From assembly GCF_009914755.1 (NCBI RefSeq), contig NC_060947.1: 64,000 nucleotides of DNA; one strand, 5' to 3'. Shown in pieces: positions 12,441-24,498 of this stretch (its first letter is position 1; the number at the start of each line of letters is the position of its first letter). Made by a program: the position numbers and the translations under genes. Origin of the DNA: the human T2T-CHM13v2.0 reference genome, Homo sapiens. The notes below the pieces were generated by a model. That model was not told the origin of the DNA. It ran no database searches and worked only from the letters and a program-made list of their open reading frames with translations.

Positions 12441-13794
12441 AATGTGTGTCCAGTGAATATTTCTGTTTTATACAGAAAGCAAAGGGCATCTCATTTTTTA
12501 AAAAACACCCTACTCTCAAAACATAACAGAGAAGCCACATAAATATAGATGTCACCAACCCCTTAGAGCTACAGGACCCCCAGGAAGGGGTCCCAGGACT
12601 GAAGGACAATAAAACCTCCCCAGATTTACAACAAAGAGAATAGACAACATCAGCCAGCAAAATTCTCCAGGCCCACAACAAAGCTTCCCCTCCATGAAAT
12701 CTGAGGGATATTAGAACACACTAGAGATGCCACTCTTTGGGGCACAGCTGGCTTTTCAGACAGGAGATGACACTTCAACTAGTTTTTATAAAGAGAGCAT
12801 CGTTAAGTGTTTCCAAGAAATTCCAAGCCTAAGCTTCAGACTGAGTTTTAGGAAGCATCCCTTTAAACCATGTAACAGAAGTCACCTGTTAGGAAAACTC
12901 TAGCTGGAAACAAATGCAATACCTCACTTGCCGTCCGAAAGCTGCCTAAGGGATCAACTCCAGGCACTGACCCCATAGAAAACTCAATGACTTCTCCATC
13001 AGTTTGTGGGAACATCTGAGTTCTTCACTTGATTTCCAATTTTTGTATGGAGTTGTGTGTTCGATAGGACCTCGGTCGCATGAAGAATTCAGCTGTGAAA
13101 AAATCTGGGTCAGACTTTCCTCTCTCCAGTCTCCCTGTCTGTCTTAACCTGATCTTTAATCACAGTTCCACTGCTCAGGGAAAATGAGGAGGAGGTGAAT
13201 GACTACAGTAGAACAAGGATAGAGGAGAGAGAAGAGAAGAGGGAGAACAGCAGAACATTTTCCAGGATTCCTAATGCAAATCACAGGTGCCGTCTGATGG
13301 TGGGAAGAATGCAAGTTGAGAGGAAACTTGAAGAGAAAAGGAATGAGGATTATCCATGGGATATGGACTGAGTAGATGAAATGAAGGCTTTGGATTTGGG
13401 GATGAGCAGAGGAAAGCCAGTGCTTTCATATCTCTCTTCTATCTTCGCTCTCTACCTGCAAGCTATTGGAGGCTCTAGTCTTCTCTTCTCCTTATGACCC
13501 AGGTAATGGGCACATACAAGTGGGTCTGGGCCTTGATAGGGCAGGAAATTGTCTTGCCTCTCTTGTGTTGCATGCAATACTGTTTACTCAAAGTAGGGAG
13601 AAACAGGATATTCATAAGCACCTACATGAACCATCATACACAAACCCACACATTCTCACTTCCCACTCCCTCATAATGGGAAACCAACATTTTGATCTTT
13701 ATATTCTTGCCTTATAGGATGATCTAGATGGGAACCAAAAGTATAATCAGGAAAAGGGATGGATGGTGCCTTAAGGACTAGGAATTCACACCCC

Positions 13795-14114
13795 TTAAAC
13801 TTTAAGATCAGTCCCCTGGAGATGTTGACGAAGTGCAGATTCTGATTCACAGTGTCTAGGATGAGTTCTCAGATGTCATAGCTTTACCAACTCGCATGTG
13901 ATGCTGAGGTTCTTTGAAGGACCCTCTGAGAAGAAAAGAGTTAAAGCAGCAGCTCCCAAATTTTTCTGGCATCAAAATTGCCTAGAATGTGGGTTCAAAT
14001 ATATCCAGAGATTTTGGGTTATCTGTCGCGATGGGGCCCAAGAATTTGTATCTTGAACAAGTGTCTAGGTGATGTGAATTCTGCCATGTCCCAGTCCATA
14101 TTTGAGGACCACTG
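13795..14114. mobile_element. Two adjacent MER5-family (hAT-Charlie) MITEs
   Basis: gcagattctgattcacagtgtctaggatgag and ggggcccaagaatttgtatcttgaacaag..tttgaggaccactg motifs. Confidence 0.6.
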
Positions 14115-14211
14115 GTTTAAAGAACTAAATCAGTGGTTTTAAATCATTATTGCCCAATATAATATCTGAGAAAATACTATTGATGGAGTCTCATCCACCG
14201 AGAGCCTGAGG

Positions 14212-16065
14212 CTTTTTTTTTCCAACGTTTATTTTAGAGTCTGTGGCACATGTGCAGGTTTGCTACCTGGGTATATTGTGTGATGCTGAGATTTGGGATA
14301 CAACTGATCCCATCACCCAGTTAGTGAGCATAGTATTTAATAGATAGTTTTTCATACCTTGTGGCCCCTCCCTCCCTGCTCTAGTAGGCCCTAGTGTCTA
14401 CTGTTCCCTTCTTTGTACTCCCATCTTGTCCCTGTTGTGTTGTGTACTCAATGTTCAGCTCCCACTTATAAGTAAGAATAGTGGTATTTGGTTTTTTCTT
14501 CCTGCATTAATTCACTTAGAATAATGCCTTTTAGCTGCAGCCATGTTGCTGCAAAAGAAGTGATTTTGTTCTTCTTCATGGCTGTGTAGTATTCCATGTA
14601 TATATGTATCACATTTTCTTTATCCAGTCCACTGTTAATGGGCTTCTCTGTTGACTCCATGTATTTGCTCTTGAGAATAGTGCTGCGATGCATATAGGAG
14701 TACATGTGTCTTTTGGGTAGAACAACTTATTTTCCCTTGGGTGTTTTCCCAGAAATGGGGTTCCTGGGTCGAATGGTAGTTCTGTTTTAATTTCTTTGAG
14801 AAATCTCCAAACTGCTCTCCACAGTGGGTGAACTAATTTACATTCCCATCAACAGCATATAAGCATTTCCTTTTCTCTGCAGCCTCACCAGCATCTGCTG
14901 TTTTTTTTACTTTTTAATAATAGCCATTCTGACTGGTGTGAGATAATATCTCATTGTGGTTGTGACTTGCATTTCTCTGATGATTACTGATGTGGACCTT
15001 TTTTTTCATGTTCGTTGGTTGTTTGTGTGTCTTCTTTTGAGAACTGTCATCTTTTGCCCATTTTTTTAAAGTGGGATTGGTATTTGCTTGTCAAATTGTT
15101 AAAGTTTCTTACAGATTCTGGATATTAGTCCTTTGTTAAATGCATAGTTTGATAATATTTTCCCCATCCTGTAGATTACCTGTTTACTCTGTTGACAGTT
15201 TCTTTCACTGTGCACACGTTCTGTAGTTTAATTAGGTCCCATGTGTCAATTTTAATTTTTGTTGAAATTGCTTTTGAAGACTTAGTCATAAATTATTTCT
15301 AAAGGATGATGTCCAGAATGGTGTTTCCTAGGTTTTCTTCTAGGATTCTTATAGTTTGAGGTCTTATATGTAAATCTTTCATCCATTTTGTGTTAATATT
15401 TGCATATGGTATATGATAGGGGTTAAACTTCATTCTTTTATATTTGGCTAATCACTTATCCTAGCACCATTTTTTGAATAGGGAATCCTTTCCCCATTGC
15501 TTAGTTTTGTTAACTTTGTTGAAGATTAGATGGCTGTACAGCTTTATTTTATTTCTGGGCTCTCTATTAGGTGTACAGCTTTATTTCTGGGCTCTCTATT
15601 AGGTGTACAGCTTTATTTCTGGGCTCTCTATTCTGTTTCATTGGGCTATGTGTCCCGTTTTGAATGAATACCATGCTGTTTTGGTTATTATAGCCTTGTA
15701 GGATAGTTTGAAGTCAGGTAATGTGATACCTCCAGCTTTATTCTTTTTGCTTAGGATTGCTTGGGCTATTCAGGCTCTTCTTTGGCTCCATATGTATGTT
15801 AAAATAGTTTTCTCCAACTCTGTGTAAAACGACATTAGTAGTTTGAAAGGAATAGCATTGAATCTTAAGTTGCTTTGGACAGTACGGCGATTTTAACTAT
15901 TGTTTCTTCCAGTTCATAAGCATGGAATGTTTTTCCATTTTCCGTATCATCTATGATTTTTGTTAGCAGTGTTTTTTAGTTTTCCTTGTAAAGATCTTTC
16001 ACCTCCATAGTTAACTGTATTCCTAGGTATTTGGGTTTGTGCGTAGCTATTGTAAATGGGGATTT
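14212..16065 (-). mobile_element. 5'-truncated L1PA15/16-like element (3' UTR and ORF2 3' end)
   Basis: polyT then catgtgcaggtttg..tgtgtgatgctgag..catcacccag, ctcccacttataagt and L1 ORF2 antisense text; TSD-like ctgagg(g)ctt on both sides. Confidence 0.9.
15535..15632. repeat. 32-bp tandem repeat x~3 inside L1
   Basis: aggtgtacagctttatttctgggctctctatt exact at 15569-15600 and 15601-15632, variant copy at 15535-15568. Confidence 0.95.
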
Positions 16066-16724
16066 GGCTCTGAGGGCTTGATTTAATGGAACCTGTAGAT
16101 TCTAAAGCCCCTCCTACGATTCAAATGTGTAGCCAGCATCATGAACCATTCCTCTGGACTTTTTCTTTGCTTTAGAGCCAAGAGAGTTCATCTGTATCAG
16201 CCCCCAAACCAGCTGAGTAGGGGACTGGGACTGGGGTCAACTTGTACAGGTAGGTATCAGATAATTTCTGTGGAATTATCCTTCATAGCACTTCCTGGGC
16301 CATATTTCTTTTCTGACTGAGCCACCAGCCTTCTCAGGGACATATTATCTCCTTTCCTTTGCTAGTATCTTCAGTCAAGTGGCAATCTGTCCATTCCACT
16401 GCAATTTTTCATCTACATTTTCATCCATTTGGTGATTTAAACTGCAGAGAAAATATTAATGTATGTCAGTTTTCCAATTTCAGTTATCTGTTGTCTTTTC
16501 AAATTTGTTGCTTGCAAATTAATTGGTGGAAAGGTTAACTTTTTCTTCCAATTTATATATATTTTTTACTTTCAATCAATTTGCTCACTAACATAGTGGT
16601 CTTCATCATGAATGAATAGTCCTACAATTTAAAGCCAGTGGAAGACTTGGAAGACTTTTCTGCTTAAAAGTTTCATGACCGCAACCAGCTTTTTCAACTG
16701 TCTCAATTTCAGTTTTGTTGTTGT

Positions 16725-17142
16725 CATCATCTTTTTCTTCCTCTTCTTCTTCTCCTGCCTCTTCCCCTTTTTCTCTTTACTCCTCTTCCTCCTTCTCCTC
16801 CATCCCTCCCTCCTCTTTTACTTCTCCTCCTCTTCTTTTTCTTGCTCCTCTTCCTCCCCTCCTCCTCTTCTTCTTCCTCCTCTTCCTTCTCCCCTTTCTC
16901 TATCTTCTCCTCCTTCTCTCCCTCCGTCCACTCCTCTTTCTTCCTCCTCTTCTTTTTCCTTCTCTTCCTCCTCTTTCTCCTTTTCCTTCTCCTCCTCCTT
17001 CTTATTCCTCTTTCTCCTCCTCCTCCTCTTTCTCCTTCTCCTTCTCTTTCTCCTTCTTCTCCTCTTTCTCCTTCTCCTCTTCCTCCTACTCCTTCTCCTC
17101 CTCCTCCTTCTTCCTCCTCTTCATCCATCTTTTTTCTCCTTT
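16725..17142 (+). repeat. (TCC/TTC)n homopyrimidine tract embedded in a MIR remnant
   Basis: Almost pure C/T; flanks ctcaatttcagtttt and tgtgaaataggaatgacagtgcccactttacatggttgtaagttcaaatgag resemble the MIR core. Confidence 0.93.
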
Positions 17143-18560
17143 TGTGAAATAGGAATGACAGTGCCCACTTTACATGGTTGTAAGTTCAAATGAGTTTGGT
17201 ACTCCATCTCTTGATCTATTGCAGATGGTCAATAAATGACAATCAGTATCTTCTGCTCCTGTACTTGTTGAAAGCACAGGATGTATTGATTTTCTTTTCA
17301 CAGGGATAATTGATCTCTTTATATATAACAGAGATTAACTTGTCTGGCATTAGGGGTCTAAGCCAGTTGTCTCACTTTTTTTTTTTTTACCACGTCTGTG
17401 TTCCTCATCTCACAGCAACCTGGCTTTAACTTCCATCCCTTCACAAAAATTACAGAAGCCACCAGGTTCACAGTCTCCTTTTAGCCCTCATTTTGTTTGA
17501 TTGCTTTGTTCTCTTTAGAACTTCCGTGGCAAGCATATTTCCCCTGGATTCAGTGTATAAAAGGAACAACTAGCACTCTTCTCAGTCCTTGGGATGCCCT
17601 TGCACAACTTTCTAGGGTGTCGACACTGCCTCTTTTAATGAAGCACTTCTTGCTCCTTGATCTTTGGGTCTGAAGAATAAAGGAGGAGGGTTGTGTGAAT
17701 GGATCAAGACAGATTATGATAATGAAAGTCCTAATGAGCACTGAGTTTCTTCCCGGCCTGAGAATAACTTTGAGCCCAATGGTAAAACGACCAGAAATGA
17801 GGAGCAGGCTGGAACTCAGACTAACTGGGCTGCTTTTGCACCCCAGAATCAAGTTTGGCTTAATTTTCAGAAGTCAATCACTCTCTTCATCTGAGCAATA
17901 CAACAGTGATAACTTTGGGCACTGCAGAAAGCATTTTTAAAATGCTGTGCCACATGTCCTGTATTGAGCAGAGTAGCCAGGAGAGATGTTTAGTTCCCAA
18001 AGGAATGTCTTGAGCAGAACTAAGCGTTCTATTTTAATGGAGATTTGGACGTGGGCCAAAATTCTTAGCTTCCAGCTTGAATATACAGCCTTCAGCAGTT
18101 GCATAAATAATACTCAAAGTTATAGCATTAAAATTGCTTTCAGTTTTGGTGTAACCACTGCACAGTGCTTTTCAACAAGCTGAGCTTTCTTAGATTTTGT
18201 CATTGTTATTCATCATACTCAGCCTGTGTCTGCTCATGTCTATAAACGAAGGCCATCTTCATGTGATGATTTGATTGTAATAGCAGGGTGGGCACTTCCC
18301 CACAAAACAGTGAAATCATCGTTGATCCCCATTACCAAAGACATGATGCTCCAGGACTGACTCGATTTTTAATCCAAAGGATGGCTGGGCTCTTCTCAAG
18401 GAGCCTTGCTCTAGCTTCCCTGGGCTCTGAGGAATGCCCAGCTACATCAACCTTCATATTTCTCTGCAAGACACAGGAGTATCCCAGAGAAGCTCCAATA
18501 TCCTCAGAACAAAAGGTAAGACTTTTTGCCACTACTAATTTAACCTGAGATTTACTAAAT

Positions 18561-18885
18561 TCTCTTCTTCTTCTCCTCCTCCTCCTCCTCCTCTTCTTCT
18601 TCTCCTCCTCCTTCTCCTCTTCTCCTCCTCCTCTTATTCTTCTTCTTCCTTTTTCTTCTCTTCTTCCTTTCTTCTTTTCCTTCTCCTCCTCTTCTCCTTG
18701 TCTCCTCCCTCCGCCTCCCTTTCCCTCTGCCTTTCCCTCTCCCTCTCTCTTTCCCTCTTCCTCTCTCTCTCTCCCTCTCTCTCTCTCTCCCTCTCCCCCT
18801 TCCCCTTCCCCTCCTCCTCCTTCTTGTTGTTGTTGTTGTTTTTGTTGTTCTTCTTCTTCTTCTCCCTCTTCTCCCTCTCTCTCAC
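18561..18885 (+). repeat. CT-rich homopyrimidine tract with a (TTG)n insert
   Basis: ctc/ctt/ct units; ttgttgttg at ~18825-18849. Confidence 0.95.
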
Positions 18886-19663
18886 TAGATGTTCCTTCCC
18901 TCAGTGGAAATTTGACCAGCAATGAGAGTTATGAAATAGTGCTCATGTTTCTACTGTCACCTTCATTATGAATGAGTACAGAGTTAAAAGAGAGAGAAGG
19001 TCAAATGCAAACATTAGTGCTAGGAGTTGATGGGGAACCTCTGCAGTGCTTATTCTTTTTCACCTGAAGTTTTGACATGAAGCTTCAATGCTGACTATCA
19101 AAAAGAGGCACTCTCCACCCTGAAGTGGTTTATTTACTGCCATGCTCCCTTTACTAAGCTGAAGTAATTGCAATTATGCTATAGTAGAACTATTGACTAT
19201 AATGAGAATTTTATTACCTGAAGCCTGAGACAAGCTATGAAGCAAATAAACATTATTGACTTACCAAATCTCATGTTAAATTGTGTCTTAAGATGTGATT
19301 TCATCAAGTCAAACAATTTGCATGAAAATATATGTGAATACAACATGTAGGAGATTCTATTGCAATCTTATATGCTTATGAAAACTAGTCTAGTTATAGA
19401 TTATTTATTAAAAAATACAGAAGTCTAAAAGCCTCTATCAGTCATCTTCATTGAACTCGGAAGGTGATCTGTATTTAGCCAATAACTCATAGATTATTAT
19501 TGATTTTTTTTAACTTGTCAGGGACTAAGAAAAGTCTGAAATACAAATATCTTGCCACAGGCTTTTCCCACATGACCACGGTTGGAAGGCTTTCTAATCT
19601 CTTCTAATGAAATTGGCCGAGCTGCAATCAATGAACCCTGGAGCATGTCATATGAAATATTGG

Positions 19664-19682
19664 ACCACCGCAGGGGGCAACC
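19664..19682 (+). promoter_or_regulatory. Candidate CTCF motif
   Basis: accaccgcagggggcaacc vs consensus CCASYAGRKGGCRSY: core cagggggca intact, mismatches at the 5' end; GC-rich spot in unique AT-rich DNA. Confidence 0.35.
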
Positions 19683-20182
19683 CAGCTCCCCCTGTCCTGT
19701 TTTAGTAATGTGGTTTCTGTCTGGAGAAAAGTTTAGAGAGTGAAATTTTATTTCATATTTTGCTTAGCAAATGATACAATTATGATTAGGCAGGCCTTTC
19801 CCCCCACTACAATAACACGGATGAACTCGCTCTCTAATTTTGTTTTGCAATAGCCCATCGGCCCCAGCCTAGTAAACCATAATACTTAAAGCTTTGTGAG
19901 CTAAAACAAACAAACCCAAAAAAAGTATGTTGATACTGGTTGTTTAGAATTTTGCAGAGCATAAAGGCCTGGTAGATCACAATTCCATGAAGAGCAAGCA
20001 AATATGAATGGAGTTGGATGCTAAACAGCAAAGTGATATTTAAGTGATCAGACTACATCACACTTTTTTTCAAGGCATACTGCAATAAAATTACTCCCTC
20101 ATCAGACTTATTCACTCTACAGCTTGTGCAGTAATTTTTTTATTGTGATGAAATAAGGTTAGACCTAAGAGTGGAGAATTAT

Positions 20183-21250
20183 TACTATTATTATTTTTTC
20201 AGGGACAGGGTCTTGCTCTGTTGCCCAGGCTGGAATGCAGTGGCAGTGATATGGGAGGGGAGCAGGGAAGTGCTGGGTAGAGAAGAGCGGGGTCCCTGGC
20301 GAGGGCTCCACCCTCGGGCCTGTGTCTGCTGACCTAAGTGATAACAGGAACTTCTGTTTTCGGGCCCAAATGTTGCATTTTCCAAGACCACTCTGGCCCA
20401 TCATCCCCCACATCCTGTGCCCATGTACACTTGAGAACTTAGCGGGCACACACACACATACACACACACACACACGCAGCTGATCATCGAGAGGAGCAGA
20501 GAATGGCAGAGAGTGGTGGAGAGTGCAAGAGCATCAGGGCAGCATGGCAGAGAAGGAGGGAAGAGGCGCCTTCTCCGCCGAACTGCGGGGGAAGATGATC
20601 TGCCCCGACTCCACCTTCTCACGCCAGCTCCCCATCCCTCTGAAAGCCACCTCCACCGCTCGGGAAAGTCTCCGCATTCATCACCTTTCTAACAGTTCGT
20701 GTGACCTGATTGGTCCAGGATACTGGACAAGAATCCACGGGGATTAACACGCAGCCGTCGCCAGACGTAAAGCTGAAGGAGCACACTGTAACACACACTC
20801 ACTTGGGCTTTGGGAGTAGCAGACACACACCCTTAGACACTGCCTTGGGGCTGGAGCCCCAAAGCGCTCCCCTGGGTTCCTGCTCTGGGCCCATCTGCGT
20901 GCTCCCCCTCCGGTAAGGGGTTTGAGCTAGTGGTGGCCAAACAGAGAGCCACACCCCTGTTGCACGTCTTGCCAGGGGATGCAGGGAACTCTCCAGTTTC
21001 GGCATGATCACAGCCCACTTGCTGCAGCCTCGAACTCCTCGGCTCAAGTGATCCTCTCACCTCAGTCTCCTGAGTAGCTGGGAGTACAGGCGTGCACCAC
21101 CATATCCAGCTATATATATATATATATTTTTTTTTTAGAGATAAGGTCTCACTATGTTGCCGACGCTGGTCTCAAACTCCTGGGCTCAAGCAATCCTCCT
21201 ACCTCAGCCTCCCTAAGTGGTGGGATTATAGGTGTGAGCCATGGCACCTG
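20183..21250 (-). mobile_element. AluJ split by an LTR (parts ~20183-20246 and 21002-21250)
   Basis: gacagggtcttgctctgttgcccaggctggaatgcagtggca | LTR | gcatgatcacag..ctgcagcctcgaactcc; (TA)n in the middle A-rich linker. Confidence 0.9.
20247..21001 (+). mobile_element. Solo ERV1 LTR, LTR1/LTR27-like (HUERS-P2 group)
   Basis: tgatatgggaggggagcagggaagtgctgggtagagaag start; gggaactctccagtttc(g) end; TSD gca(g/t). Confidence 0.82.
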
Positions 21251-21594
21251 AAAAGACTGAAAAATTATTTGGCCTATTCAAAGATTACTTCTTCTACTCT
21301 TTGCTGGTACTGAGAAAGTTTAAATCCACCCAGAGGGGAAAACATTGCCACTCAAACAGGATTGTATGTTTTTATCTCTGCACACTCTAGTTTATCATGC
21401 ATTCTCAACTGTGGAAATGGTGCCATAAGGAAGTAATAGTGGGAATTTTGGGAGGTGAAAAAACACCTTACTCTTTGACGTATAAAGTGCAAACATACAT
21501 ATAGTACATAAATAGACATAGAGCATGCTCATGGTATTAACATTTTATGGGGGCAAGGGCAATTGGGAAAGAAAAAAAATCTAAAACAGCTTCT

Positions 21595-21925
21595 GGTTGG
21601 GTGTAGTGCTTGTGCCTATAATCTCAGCACTTTGGGAGGCTGAGACAGGCGGACCACTTGGGCAAGAAATTGGAGACCAGCCTGGGCAAGAAGTTGGAGA
21701 CCAGCCTGGGCAACATAGCAAGATCCCATATCTACAAAAAATACAAAAGTTAGCCAAGCATCATGGCGTGCCTGTGGTCTCAGCTACTTGGAGGCTGAGG
21801 TGGGAGGATTGCTTAAGCCTGGGAGGTTGAGTCTGCAGTGAGCTGAGATCAGGCCACTGCACTCCAGCCTGAACAACAGAGTGATATGCTGTCTTAAAAA
21901 TAAACAAACAGATAAAAATAAAAAA
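21595..21925 (+). mobile_element. AluJ with internal 24-bp duplication
   Basis: Dimeric Alu, J-type gggaggattgcttaagcctgggagg, A-rich tail. Confidence 0.92.
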
Positions 21926-22460
21926 GCTCCCCTTAAGGGGGTGATAATGAAAAACAAAAACAAAAAAAGAAGTTGTGATGGAGGATAACTTGAAGCAGAA
22001 CACCAAATAAACTGGTCACTTGGGATGGAAGCTCTGCCTCGTGGTCTTTCTCTGTAGTCTGGGGAAAATGCATTTCTTTCCAAGGTTCTTCAATATCTAA
22101 ATGACAAGATGTATGTAAGAAACCTTGTAAAGTTCCCAGTATGGAATAGGAAGTAGGTGAGGTCCTACAGGTATGGATGCTGATAAGGCACAGTCATTCC
22201 TCACACTTAGAGGGTAGGGAAACCAGACTATAAGCTCCATGGGGCAAGCCCTGGTTTTGCCTTTATTTTACATTTGTATGTATAGATGTACATATGCATT
22301 TATATATATACATATATTTGTATATTTTTTTTTTTTGCCTTAAGATTCCAGGACAAAGGAATTCTGTCTGCCTGTTGAGATAGTGGGTGGGGTGATAGAT
22401 TGTTCTGTGTCACATAATTGGCTGCTAAATGAGATTTGCTACAATGCGAAACTGTAAATC

Positions 22461-23001
22461 TGAAACTGTCCTCACGGGGTTCACAAGAATTCTGGACAGA
22501 AATACATTTATAATTAAGCATGAATCAGGCTGCATTTTGACCCACTTCCTTGTAATGGAAAGTCACATAGCACTAGATACTGATCATTTGTATCCAGATT
22601 GTTCCTATAGATAGGACCTTTATCTATAGGAATCCTATAGATAGAACCATATATTCTTTAGATAGAATCATAAGGAGAATTCCAGTGAAATAGCTGATGC
22701 CAACCAGTTTGAAGATCCCCACAGAGGAACACAATCATCATGAGAACACAGCTTCTTCATGACCCCGTCCCATGACTTCATCCTGCACTATTCCACCAAT
22801 CAGTGATCTCCATTCTTGAGCCCACTTCCAAATCCTTGACAACTCTAGCCTCAGTCTCCTCTGGGAGAAGGATTTGAAGTTTCCTTCCATCTCCTCATTT
22901 TCTGAGAGTTCTATGATTAAACCACTTTCTCTGCTGCATCCCCAGTGTCTCTGCATATTAACTTTCCATGCACCTGAGGCAAAGAACCTATTATGGTTGC
23001 A
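22461..23001 (+). mobile_element. Solo ERV1 LTR (LTR45-like)
   Basis: tgaaactgtcctcacggggttcacaagaatt start, attaaa polyA signal, ggttgca end; near-TSD aatc/gatc. Confidence 0.7.
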
Positions 23002-23949
23002 GATCTATGAATGATCCTTTTATTTTCAGAGTATGCACACTCAGTGAAAGCATTAGCATGGTGAGGCAAGCAAAGATGAACAGTACAGTAGCTCAGGGGA
23101 GAGAGAGTGAGCTAAGCCGGGCTTTGCAGCTCAGCAAGCATCCTCTCCTCTGTGGTTGTTCTCAGCATCTCGGTATTGCAGCAGATCAGCTGTTCCATCA
23201 ATGCCTCAAGATGATTTTGTGTTTGTTTCGGTGTCTCTGTTTGCTGTGTAATAAGACTGACCATTGCAACTTTACATTGAGAGGAAATGTTTGGTCATTG
23301 GGAGAATTGATTCTACTGCAGAGAGAGTCACACTAGATATCAAAGCTTGGGAACTTATTAATGTAAGAAAATTATCATTTTTTTGTGTTGGAAATAGAAA
23401 TACTTGTTTTTTTAGACTTGGGAAAACCCTACAACAGATTCTCTTGGTCAAGTACAGCTGTGGTTAAATGCAAATACTATATCTTTCATGTATATTATTC
23501 CTAGGTTCTAATTTATATCCCTTCTACTTCTCTTCACTTTCTTTCTTTCACACCCATAACCAGTGAATGAATTTGTAGTCTGACATTTTTCTTTCTTCCT
23601 TCCACTATTTTAGAAGATGCACGAAGTCTTTGCACCTCTGGACTCACTCTTTTGCCTTATAGCCAACTCATTTTTTACACTGTGGTCACACAGATTTTTC
23701 TAAACCAAATATCTGGTCCTATTTTACTAAGAAGAAGTTAATAATAATTACTAGGTTGTAGTTACTACAGCTTAGTAAAGGGAGCTTGGTAATAAATAAA
23801 CCACTTCAGGGTAGAGAGTGGCTCTCTTTGGTAGTCATCATGGAAGCTTCATGTCAAAACTTCAAGTGAAATAATTCATCAATTATGACAGAGATTGATT
23901 TTTGTCTACCAGTTTTCACTTCTTCCATGTTTTTAATAACAGTCGTCTC

Positions 23950-24355
23950 TTTCTGTTTTGTAGGGCCTATGTCAGTCTGGTACATGTTAGTCAAGTTAAA
24001 GAACACATTTGCAGCTTCCCTGAAATCTATGTGTGGGCATATACATAGGGTTTGGCAGATAGGATATATGCCAAAGTGAAAAGCATAAACTGTGCTTCAA
24101 GTATTGGAACACACATTTGCTTCCCCTTCATGTCTCTTTTTCCTTTCCATGTGGTTGGCCTGCAGCTTCACTGTTGAAGAGGGGAAGCAGTCCTTAGGCA
24201 ATAGCAAAGCCACACAGTATGAACTGCTGAGCTTGAGGCATAGATGGATTCAACCCAACCTGGACTCTTATGGAAGAGACAAAGGTCTTTCACCTTTGAA
24301 CCACTCTAGTTGTGTGTTTTTGTAACAGTAGCTGAGACTCTTTTCTAAGTAATAT
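23950..24355 (+). mobile_element. Old MLT1 (MaLR) LTR fragment
   Basis: catttgcagcttccctgaaatctatgtgtgggcat and 3' end tttgtaacagtagctgagactcttttctaagtaata. Confidence 0.5.
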
Positions 24356-24498
24356 TGCAATTTTCCATTGTCTACAGAATATGTTATCATATTCTTGGCC
24401 TGGCATGCAAAGATATTCATCATTAAAAATATATTACAGTGTTGTCACTGTGATCAATGCCTCTTGTTTTGATCCATGCCTCTTGTTTTGGCCAATAA

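Larger units (their letters stand above)
14131..16150. mobile_element. Third MER5-family MITE split by the L1 insertion (halves ~14131-14211 and ~16066-16150)
   Basis: cagtggttttaaa TIR at 14131; continuation gatttaatgg..gattcaaatgtgtagccagcatcatgaaccatt after the L1. Confidence 0.5.

Noticed and set aside
16675-18925. ORFs of 75-196 aa over the two CT tracts
   Set aside because: Low-complexity microsatellite translations; no coding signature
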